DNA of 64,000 bases from Podarcis bocagei. Its lineage: Eukaryota. This document shows, one piece after another, positions 49,901-61,900 of the stretch. The position numbers and the translations under genes are program-made. Within the stretch, counting starts at the first letter, position 1. Each line of letters begins with the position of its first letter. The notes under the pieces are model-generated. The model was not told where the DNA came from. It searched no databases and was given only the letters and a program-made list of their open reading frames with translations. The stretch lies in the NCBI GenBank assembly GCA_964188305.1, contig OZ076894.1; one strand, given 5' to 3'.

Positions 49901-52900
49901 TTTCCCCTCTCCATTTGCAACTTTTTTTGCAAATGCTTCTGGTAGAACCTACAAACGCTAGCTTCAACTGAATTTGTCATCACTAGGTCACATACAAATT
50001 CCAAGACATCAGCAAATGGGATTGTGCTTATAAAAAGATCTAACTTCCTTTAATTCTCCTATGTGCCTTGATTTTTTTTATTATTTTTTTTAAAGGTTCG
50101 AAGGAAGCGGAGAGTGACCTGGGCTCCAGGAGCAATAAACCAGGAAGGAGGGGAATGTCTCCTGGGAAGCTTTCCATCAAAAGCCAAACAGTTTAAAACA
50201 TCTTTGTCTTGTCTATCAGAGATGGAAGAGTGTAAGTTTGTTATGCGTAGAAACTATTTAAAAAGGTGCTATATCAATCAATTAATCTTTATTACGGTCC
50301 AGAGACCCTACAAATCAATACACAATTCATACAGCCTACCTCCAGGTTGCTATATAAAATATGGGCTGAAGAATTGTAGGTTGGGATACGTTAGAACTTA
50401 GATAATACATTGTTTAACATATCCACAGTGAGCTGCAAATAGTTAAACTATTGCAGCTATTTTGAAGGCTGTCTTTAAGCTGCATATGTTAATTCTATTG
50501 AATGCTATTGCTAGATCTGAAGAGGACAGAGAAAGGGCAAGAGGGCTCTTGGCATAACAGCATGCTCCGTTTATCTCCTGGTTGCTCTAGAGATTTGATT
50601 CTGAGATCGATCTTTAGGCACTAGGGACAGCTGGCTTCCTAGCAAAGGCTACTGTAGCTAACTCTCGCTGCTTGCATTTGGCTGCTCATGCTCTCTTTCT
50701 CCTATGGCAGGGGAGAATTAGACCCATTGGGTCCCAAGGTAACCAAAGCTCAGTTCCTTTCTCTACATCTTTCTGCATTTGTCTCAAGAACTTAGTCATG
50801 GAATTGTAGCGTTGGAAGGGATCCCAAAGGTCATCTCATCCAACCCCCTGCAATGCAGGAATCTCAGCTAAGGCATCCATGACAGATGGTCATCTAACCT
50901 CTGCTTAGAAACCTCCAAGGAAGGAGAGTCCACAACCTCCCATGGGAGTCAGTTCCACTGTTGAACCGCTCCTACTGTCAGAAAGTTCTTCCTGGTGTTT
51001 AGTCGGAATCTCCTTTTTTGTAACTTGAAGCCATGGGTTCAAGTCCTACCACCAGAGCAGGAGAAAACAAACTTGCTCTGTTGGCAGCCCTTGAGTTATT
51101 TGAAGATGGCTATCATATCTCCCCGTAGTCTCCTCTTTTCCAGGCTAAACATACCCAGCTCCTTCAAACTTTCCTCATAAGACTTGGTTTCCAGACCCTT
51201 GATCATTTTGGTCACCCTCCTTTGCACACGTTCCAGTTTGTCAATCGCCTTCTTAAATTGTGGTGCCCAGAACTGGGCCCAGTTTTCCAGTTGTGGTCTG
51301 ACCAAGGCAGAACAGAGTGGTACTGTTACTTCCCTTATCTGCATCTTAAGTATACACACTTTTATTTTGGCAAAATGGGTTGTCTTTCAGCTGTATCTTC
51401 AGAGTTCTCGGAACATGATGATCAGTGGATGACAGCCAGTGTTACAATTCCTGAAGAGGAATGGATTCCAGGATCTGAGGTTGGCTTGGTAAGTGGTATT
51501 TTTATGTGTGTGGAAACTAGCCTGCTGCACCAAAGGTGAAATTTACATTTATTGTACCACCCAGTTTTTCTCTGACCCCTCCCACCACATGGATATGGCC
51601 CCCAGAAGGTTGCTGAGAAATGAATGTCGCCCTTGGAATGAAAAAGGTTCCCACTCCTATTCCAAGAACAAAGATGGGAGCGGAGAGTATCCCCTTTGCA
51701 GGCTTCCTCTCCTATTCTTTTTTGCAACAACAATTTCTTAGTTACTCCCTATTAACTATATTGGATCAACATGACTTGTTTTACATTTGGTTCAGTGGGG
51801 TGGAACTGAGTCAGCAGAATTTAGGGGAGAGAAATTCTGTGGTTTGGAAAGCTCACCTCCTTTTCAGGGTTTTTTGCAAGCCCCCAAAACTTGCCAGCCT
51901 TGCCAGCGTGTGGCTGGAACTTAGTATACAAATGTTGTCTAGCTCTCAGTAGGGCTTTGGCAACAACACTTTTGAGCTACCAATATATTGCTGAAGGAAC
52001 AAGCAAGTGCTTTCAGTATTAAGGTTTTTGCATATTTGTAAGTCACTTTGAGATTCTTAGGGTATGAAAAGCGACCATTAAAAAATGAGTTTAAATAAAA
52101 TATTGGTAAGGAGATGAAATTTAACTAGGTAACAGAGGAGGCATCTTGTAACTTTCAAAAATATTTTTCTTCTAGATTCATAAAGATTTTGCAGATTCTG
52201 TCATGCTTTGTGAAACCCTAGTAAATGAGAGGGTAAGTCAGCTTCAGCGTTCTCTAGGAATTTAATTTGAAAGTGTAGGTAAAACCTTTTAATCTCACTC
52301 TGCCTCTCTCCTGGGTAGGACAATGCTGTCACTGAACAACAAGCCTTAAAAGTAGAACTAAAAAACTTGCAAATGGAGAAAGAGCAGACTGCATGTGAGC
52401 TCAAAGAGCTGAAGGAGAAAATGTCCATTTATGAGTTTGTGGCTCTCGAAAGAGAGACAGCAAAGGAACAAGAGGTAAGACAAAGTGGGTGTGTAAATAA
52501 TCCTATTTCTAGACCATCTTTTCTTTTTACAACTTTCTGAGTGGCTGACAAAATCATTTAAACAAGATCAAAATTAGCTGGATCCTGACTCTGTTGCATG
52601 CAGATCTCATTTAAATTAATATGAACATTGTTTTATGACTTAAGTGAACTCCAATTGAAAGCAATGGGATTGTGGCAACTAACTTAGTCTGAATTGAACT
52701 CAGTTAAATATTGAAGCAGCAGAAGCAATAAACTCAGTAGTGCTTATATACATCAGGATTAAAGCAAGAGACATGCTTGAATGCCTGGAGAAATAAAAAG
52801 GGTGCCACTGCAGAGAATATCCCCTGATCACTGCCCTTCTCAAATCAAATCAACCCAGTCGTTTTAATTTTATGCCCTCGTTAGAAAGGGGGTGGCAGAA

Positions 52901-55900
52901 AACATCCTTTGGTGCTAGTAAAATGGCAGGTTCCGGTGATATTGGATCTCAGAGCCACATAAGATTTTAAAAGTAAGTGCTGGCACTGTAAACTGGGTTC
53001 AAACTGGCAGTCAGTACCTTTCCTTCATGAGATGTGTTCCCTTCACCTGTATTTAAGAAGTGTCTAATTTTTTTCAGTCTTCCGAAGCAGCCCCAGGGAC
53101 CACATGCTGCAGTAGTCTAGTCAGGAAATGGCGATGGCATGGATTACTGTGGCCATTAGGGGGACAGGGATGCACAGCTGATGGACCCATCTTAGGTGCT
53201 GAAAAGTGCTGCATCTCACACCCCCAGCAACAAAACTGGGTCTAACACAATTGTCTTGACCCTGCTCTGTTTCTTCCACTGTTTCCAGTATGGCCTATGG
53301 ACATAAAGGACATGGTCTTCCCTATGATAGTGCCAAATAATTTCACTTGACCCCATCTCCTTTCAACGTGCAGCCAAGGCTTCTCTCATTTCATGTTTCA
53401 TTTTATTTTGTTAAAATATCTATACTTCATCCTTTTCAGTCTGAAACCCTTAGAGATAATTTAGCAACATGAGATTAAAACAAATGCTAATCCTGTCACT
53501 GCAAAAAAGCAAAAAACAACAACAAGCAAAACGGCACTTGTTTTTGTGCTTATATTGTGGTATGTAGGCTGTGCTATGAGAGGAGTGAAGTAACCACAAT
53601 CTTGCATTAACAGTAAAGCATGGTTTGCTGTGACGTGTGAAAACAGCCACTCCTTTTAGTTGCAGCATGGAAAAAAGGCGAGGATTGGATATGAATTTAT
53701 TTAAATCAATTAGCCCCCAATTAATGCATGCTAGAAAAAGAGTGGACCTGTTCTTCTGAAAAACACTTGTCAGCGTATATTAGCAGTGTGTTCTGCCCTT
53801 TTTGTTTTGGATGTTTGAAAAGCCCTCTGTTAGTAATGCGCCGTTAAGACTTTATTTCCCGGAGCTTCTCACCACTGTAAGCAATGGATGCTCACAGAAT
53901 TTTCTGCTATGTGTTCTATAGTGACAACTTGGCTCCGCTGTGGTTTGGAGGGGAGCTGAATGCAGGGCCTGCTTGTTTTTGTGGTGGGTGACTGCAGGTA
54001 AACCTGACTGAAAGGTGCTTCCTAACTGCCTATGCCATTTTGCTTCGATTGCTCCACAGATGCAACTAATGCATGAAATTTCCAGCTTAAAGGCTATTAT
54101 TACAAATGCTGAAGTTTGCAATCAAGATCTGCAGGTGAGCTGCTGGTGGTGGTAGGCCTTGCATGTATAATGAAATGGAACACTATTGTTTAGTCTTAGC
54201 CAAATGCCTTGAATTCTTTGGTCGGTTTGTCAATTTTAATGTCATGCTGCGCAACACCTAAGCCCCCCATCAAGCTGGGAAATGGAAAGGTGTGCCTAAA
54301 CACGTTGCACTTCTGGTGTTTTTCCTCTTTCTTGCTTTATCAGGAGGAGGTAATGTCAAAAGCCTTGCAGATCAAGGAGCAAAACAATAAAATCAAAGCA
54401 CTGGAAAGCCATGTCAGTGAGCTAAGAAATCTTATGAGAGAAGCAAAGACAGAAAGTGGGGAAAGCGATGTGTCATCAGTACGTCTGAATCTTTCTTCTT
54501 TATTTAAGCAGGGGTTTTTTTTTAAATTTGTCCTTGATTCCTGGGGATTCTTGCAGGGTGGGTGGGTGGGTGGCATATGCATACACTTACACACTACCCT
54601 CATGTTCTCATACTTTCAGCAGATTTTGAATAACTCGGGGGACGAAATGCAAAAAATGAAGCAGTCTCTCAGTGATGTTGAGGCGGTAGCACTGGATTCC
54701 AAGAGAGAATCTTCATTCCTCAGAAGTGAAAACATAGCACTAAAAGAAAAAATGGTGTGTGTATATGTGGACTTGGGATGGCGTAGGTTTTTACTTGCCT
54801 TTTATGTAATGTCTGAGTGAACAGATACAATTCTTTTTTGTGGCCTTTTGTCAGGACCTGATATAAGCATGGGGGGAGACAAAAAAGAAACCCCATCTTT
54901 TCCTAGTGGCTTATGTCTGGGGAATTTCTTCCCCTCTGAGGTGTGCCTCTATATTTGCTTAGAAACCAGGTCTAAACTCACCTTTGGAGTCAGGTTTTAA
55001 AAGGCTGGTGGGTGAAGTAATTTCTGAGTTGTGTCGCTGCTAATTACATCCTTCGTGCAATTTATGTTATTTTTTTATCTTTTCTTGTGTATATGCCTTT
55101 TTATTGCCTTAAATCAGATGTAAACTGCCCTGTGGCCCATTTTTGATGAAGGGCAGTATGGCAATAGCTTAGGAAATACATTAACATAATAAGCTTCCAG
55201 TAGGGCCTTACCTGTGAGTTCTGCTAGTTTCCTAGTAGAATCCCAGTGATGCTTCCTTGGGGTGATGTGGGCTGGGATAACAGTGCTAATATAATCTGGA
55301 AGAGGGAGAGGATAGTGCTACTCAAATACGTGGCACTGTGTACAAATCTGTCACTGTCCTGGCATGTAAATGGACACGGGTAATGGCATTTTAACTTGCT
55401 CCCATGTAGGACCAGCTCTCAGAGACGTACAAGCAAATGGAAAAAGACATTGAGAGCTACAGAAGACAGTTAGATTCTGGGAAAGTCGCCTACAAGAAAA
55501 TGCAGTCTGACTTGCAGAAAGAATTGCAGTACTACCTGCAGGAAAATTCAAAGCTGGCATCGCTTTTGGAGGGAAGAGTTCCAAATGGTACCTTTTTTAT
55601 GGAATTGATATAGAACAAGAAGGTTCTTCGCACAATCGGGCTTTTTCCTGAACTTCTGATAGCTGAGGAATTATTTTTTATGAATTAAAACTGGTGCCAC
55701 AAATGTTCAAGCCCTTAAAGTTAGTTTAAATATTTATAAGGTACCCTTTTAATAAAAAACAAGGTAATGTGCAACACAGAAACATAATGCTACAATAATG
55801 TAAATAAAAAAATATCTAGGCGCGTTTGGCACAGAGTTTGCATCCCAAAGGTTTGTTTGAACAGCGCAGTTCTGAAAAGACATCTAAGAGAAAGCAGGGA

Positions 55901-58900
55901 TTGATTCATGCCCTAACCTCTGCTGGCAAAAAGTTCCACATAGCAGGTCCTGCCACATTAAAGTCTGGGTCCCTGTTAAAGACAGGCTGAATGCAAGCAA
56001 TTTTTTAATTATTTGCTGCATCTCAACTGGGATTAGTTGGTTCGTTAACCAATCCTGATGTAAAGCAACTGACCATTCATTCCTGATACAGTACACCAGG
56101 ATTAAAACAAAAAAACCCTGGAGAGGTTTATGGCTCTGCCCTTGCATCTTTCCAGCCAGTCATGGACTTGGTTGGCAGACACCTTAGTGACTGGGGACTT
56201 TAGGCTCATGGCTTTCAGTCAGTTTATGTCCTGATGGCATGCTTTCCTAATGTGCAATTCAGGCATTAGACAGCGGCTGCGTGGAATTAAAATAAAAGTA
56301 GTTGCTGCCCCTTAACATCAGGACTATGGGGCGGGCTGGAGAATTAGAGAGGGGGGGTTAGCTTTTGAAAATGAGATGCATAACGAGGGCTGTGGAGGGT
56401 AGTGCTGTTTTTCTGGGGGGATGCATACCCCCAAACATTTGGTGAATCTTTGTACTTTTGTCCATTACTGTATTTATTTCCCCCGATTTGAACTATAAAA
56501 TGGTGATTTTCTTGAGTCAAAATGAGAGTACCTCTAAACATTGTTTAGGGGGAAAAACACTGGGGAGGGGGATAAGTGGACTGGTGGGTTTAGGCTGAGC
56601 CCCACAAGAAGATGGAAATTGAGCTTCAGCGGTGCATAGGCAAGTAGAGTCTTTCAAGGAAGTTTGCATGTCAGAAACCAGGGTATAAACTGGTGGAAAG
56701 GGTGCATGCTTTAGCGGGATATTGTCACAGAAGCTGAGAACTACGGAGCAAGAACTATATATATATCTAGAGTTTGCTTGCAACACAGTGGTAGTGAATC
56801 TTTGTCAGTTTTATCCATTGAAATATTTCCACTTACCCCACCCCCAGACTTACTCTCATGTATGGAACTGGAAAGGAAGATTGAGGGTTTAAAAAATGAA
56901 CTGAATAAAGCTCTGGAAGAGAACTCAACTTTAAGGAAAGAAGCAGCTGCATCATTAGAAGTCCGTTCGAGACCTGACACTGAAATCTTCCAGAAGGAGG
57001 TAAAGACTAATTAAATGTGGGCTTCCATGAAGCTGTATCTTAGGTCAGGGCTTTCTTAGAACACATTTAACTTTATGGGGGGGGGGGATTTCTACCCAGA
57101 ATATAGTTAATCATCCCTGCTGGAAGACTGGGGTGCTTCTACTACAATAAGTTCTGGCATCGCAAGCAGTTGCAGAACTTGGCGTTCCTCTTAATTTTTT
57201 GAAAGCTTATTCTATTAGTTGTCCCCCATGCTTCAGAAACTCAACTAGCTTTAGCTAGGGGTCAGGCAATTAGTGATGTCAGTCCCATGCCATGGAATAT
57301 TGCCTCAACAACCCTGCTACCAACCTTCAGATGCCTTATTTTTTTTAATCAATAGGCCTATTCAGTGGTTTAAACTTTCTAAGATGGGCCAGTCGGTTTT
57401 ATGATTATTCTGTGTTGCTTTTATGGTGTATTTTTGTAAAGTTGATTATACAAAGCCCTGATATTTTATAACAGGGGAGGTCTGTTTATTTGTAATAAAG
57501 AAATATTGCTGTGGATATTTGGGTTCAGTTCCCTACTAGGCTATGTAATTGGATCAGTCATCACCTGTCAACCTGAAGCTTTTTTCTCTAGTCTCTTGTA
57601 GAAGGTAGTTTTCTTCCAGTTCAGGGGAGCAAAGTACATCTAAAAACCAAACTTAGCCTTCATTCAGCTAGAACGCATATTATAAAGCATGGCTGAGATG
57701 ATAATAGCTGCCTACTACATGCTCATACTCTGTGTATATAAATATGTGTATGTAGGTGCTTGAAAAATCCGAAATGATTGCTTCTCTGGCCTCGGAAAAA
57801 AAGATGCTGCTTGCTCAAGTGTCTGAGAAGGAGAGACTGCTGTGCGAAGCAACTATTGCACTAAAATCCAAAGAAGATTTTGTAAATTCTGAAGCAATGC
57901 GCCAAAATGACCTAGCTTTTCAAGAGCTGAAATGTCACTGTGATGAACTGGAGCAGAAATTCTTGACTGCATCAGAAGAAAACAAGCAGATGAAATGCCA
58001 ACTAGATCTTCTATCTGAAGAAAACCTCAAGCTACAGGCAACCGTTCATGAAGTGAGTCAAGAGGTGAGTCCTTCCTGGTTCTCCAACTTTTTATACAGG
58101 AGCTGATGGCTTTTCTTGATGCAAACATTTCTGCACTTCAGTCTTTGTTTAGCTCTATCTGAAAAGTTCAGTGGGCCCTTGGTACTGTCTCCTTGCTTCT
58201 GTTTTTCCTTACATTGCAGCAAGGCCTGGCACATAAATGTGCTGTTACACAAAGTGCTCAACCCTGCTACACTAACGAGGTTGCTTTGGATCAGAACTAC
58301 TTTCTGAAATACTTCTAAAATGTTTTTTTTAGGAAACCTGAGCCAATCCCACAATTCTGGAATTGTCTGTCTTCTTGTGCGTGCTCACTTTCTCTACACA
58401 CTTAAAAAATGACCATTTTACTTACTAAGCTAGAAGGATCCCAACTTAGCACTTTTGGAATGAATGGGAAAGTGAAGCTACCAAACCCATGGAACTGGGT
58501 TCCATGTAATCCCCATCAGCTTCTCAAAACAAGGCGGGAATATGACTTGGAATTGCTATTTTTGGTAGCTACTACAGCAGATGTATTTTCTGTTTTGTAA
58601 ACAAAACATGTTTTTACTATGTTTTATATGTACTGTAAGCTGCCCAGAGTGGTTGGGGAAACCCAGCCAGATTGGCGGGGTATAAATATCAAAATTATTG
58701 TTATTATTATAATTATATTCCTGTGTGCACGCACAAAATAGCAACCACTAATTCCAGGAATAAATTCTATTCTAGGGTATTCTGCTCCTTAGCAGAATTT
58801 TGACATGCTCTCATTTCTTTTTTCTTCCCCCCCCCTCTTTTTTTTGCAATTTGGCAGGAAGTAAGCCCTTTTAGGCTACTGGAGCACACTAGATCCCTTG

Positions 58901-61900
58901 TGTTACTTACTATGAGCCTAATTTGAATCTGACTAGGTTTGCATGTAACACGAAGCGAAACCATGGCTTAGCAAAAGCAATATGCCATATGAGTTGTTGG
59001 GAGTAAAGATTATGACAGCAGCACTCTTTCCCCCAGTCCTGCTGCTCTCATGCTACCCAGGACTAAACTGGCGTTGAATCCAAACCTGGGTTTATGGTTT
59101 GTCTTGCTCTGCATAATCTATGAGCTTATAGCCAATGTATATTCTTGGTTTATTGCTTATGGTTTGTTTGGGGTAAGCAAACCGCAAACCCTGGTTCACG
59201 TGCAACACTAGGCCAAACCATGGTTTAGCTCTGGTTTCAGCTGCAGCAATACTGGGGAGGAGAGCTGTGACCATGATCTTCACTCCAGAAACCCACAAGT
59301 TTGCTCATTCTTGGTAAGCATAAATTGGCTTAGTGTTAGATGTGAATTGGGACTGTGTAACTTCGCTAAAATCAGTATTGTCCACAGGTAACAAAAAGCT
59401 TTGTGGGAGAAAATGAGCACTATAAAGACCCTTTTAATGACAAGAGTCAAAATTTTCTGTTTTTAAGTTGGACTTGAGCTTCATTCTTACTTATTAATGT
59501 CAAAGTACTTTCTGTCTTTCCATAAATAATAACGAAGCTTTCTGGCAAGATCAAAGAGATGCAAGAAAAGGACTTGGAGCAAGAGAAGCTTCTTGGTATG
59601 AGAGAACAACTTGATGAAGCACATCAAAAATTGAGTGAAATGGAGCAACTCAAAGACCAGTTGAAGACCTGGGCATCTAAAATGGAGGCTGAGGAAATGG
59701 AGAAGCTGGGCCTAGCTCAAAGGCTCCAAGAGAGTGAAGAAGAGTTGCAGGCGCTGACTCGGGAAAGAGATGACCTGAAGCAGAAGGAGGAGGCTCTCAG
59801 GCATGAGAGAGATCAGATCAAAGAAGATATCCAAGAGACTGTGTCAATGGTAAGCAAAACCTCCCACTTGGATTACCGCAATGATGCTGCATTTGAAAAT
59901 CGTTCAGACCCTTCAGGACTTCATTATATGATCATATCACACCAGTGCTTCTCCATATCAAAGTTCTGGTTTTAGCCTTTAAAAGCTGTAATTAATTTGA
60001 GGTGGGATGGAACATACTTATAAATGAGCACACATGAAACTCGCATGGAACCAAAGTTTTCAATGTTTGATATTGTATTCTGCTTTTATATGTGTTGGAA
60101 GCCTTCCAGAGTGGCTGGAGCAACCCAGTCAGATGAGCAGAGTATACATAAAATTATTATTATTATTATTATTATTTATTTATGTGGCTAATTCATCTGT
60201 CCATACATCAAACTAGAGAGCTTTGAAAAGGGTAGCAGAACAATTCATAGCACTACTGCAAGGAAGTGTATGTCATGGGAATTCTAATGCATGTATCTCT
60301 TTTGTTTTGCTTTTAATGTAAAAGAACATTGAATCACAAGAAGAACTGAGAAGTGCGCAAAATTCTCTGAAGCATTGTGAGAAGCAAATTAAAGAACTGG
60401 AAGAAGCCATTGTGGAGAGAGAATCACAGATTTCAAGTGTTAAAGAATCTCTAGGGGTCACTATTGAAGAACAGAAGCAACAGGTAACATCTGTCTCAGT
60501 TGCAAAGTTTATTGGTCTAGGTTGGAGCAAAATTAGGAGCATAAGAAATGCCCTGTATAATCTTGATCCTTAGTCCATGTAGCTCATTATTGTCTTTGCT
60601 GACTGGAAGTGGCTCTCCAGGTTTTGGGACAGAGGAAATTCTCAGCCCTCTCTACAAATGCTGGGGATTAAATCTGGGACCTTCTGAGTGCAACACAAGT
60701 GTTCTCTCGCTGAGCTGTGGCCCTTTTTGCTTTGTGAATGTTTTGGGTTCAGTTCCGAGACAAGCCCCATTTAAGGCAACACCACTTGTTTTCTATGGTG
60801 ACTATCTAAAGCTTAAAGAACTTTAGCTGGTCTGTAACATGTTAAGACATCAGAGGCTGTTAAACACTGCTAGAAAGTCTGGGATGTTGTAGAATAATTG
60901 TTGAAATGGTGCTATATTGGGACTTCCGGGTTGACGCGATCTGGAAATGGCGGATTCCCTCCGAGCTGCGGAGGGAATCGGCTCTACCGAGGACGGGTCT
61001 TTGCCGCGCCGGCGACGCGGGGACCCTTAAAAACCGCAGGCGCGGATGCCTGCGGACTGAAGACTCGGCGGGTGCCTTAAGCGCCCCCCCTGATCCACGA
61101 AGAGCCTTTTTAAAGGCTGCGGAGAGGATACGGGGGGTGGCGTGGCACTGAGAGTCGATCGCTACCTCGGTGGAGCGAAGCCGCGAGCCATGACCAGAGA
61201 GCGCTGACTTCCTTCCTTGAAAATTTGGACTGAAAGAATCACCCGTGAGTAAGACGGATTGGGACTTTAAAAAATTTACCCTGAATTGGAGACGACCGGG
61301 GGGTGTGCTAAAAGGAAGTCCGCACCCCCCCCCCTTGCAGAAGATCTAAGCAACGACATAAGAGCTAAGCTGGAGAGCCTACCCTTGGTGGGGTGAGTTA
61401 AAAAGGACATTAACTTTCAAGATTTGGCTAAAGGAAATTTTGGGCTGGAGAGTGGAGTTTTAGAAACCTTCTTTTTGTTTTAAACAACCCCCCCTCCCGG
61501 GCTCGGGAAAGTCCTGCCTGTGTGCCTGTGTAAGAGCTGCGGAGTTTGACAGCTGTCAAAGCTGTCAATCGGGCGGTTTAAAGTGGAAAAATCGCTATTT
61601 AAGATCCCTCTGGACTAAGACGAGTTATAATTGAGCTAAAATTGTTGGAAACAAAGTAATAACAATTTGTTAAAGGACTGTTGGAGAAAAGACTAATAAG
61701 TAACCAGATTCCCTCTAGGGGGAATTCTGTGAAACTACAATGGATACAATGGCTGTGGAAGGAAAGTTGCTAGTGGAAATCGAAAGGATGTTTCAATTGG
61801 TGGGAACCTTACAAGAGCAGAGCTTGGCCATGAATAAACAACTTGTGACTATGACCTTGGGAACAGGCAACTCTGCTCTCTGTATTGAGGACCTGAATGA

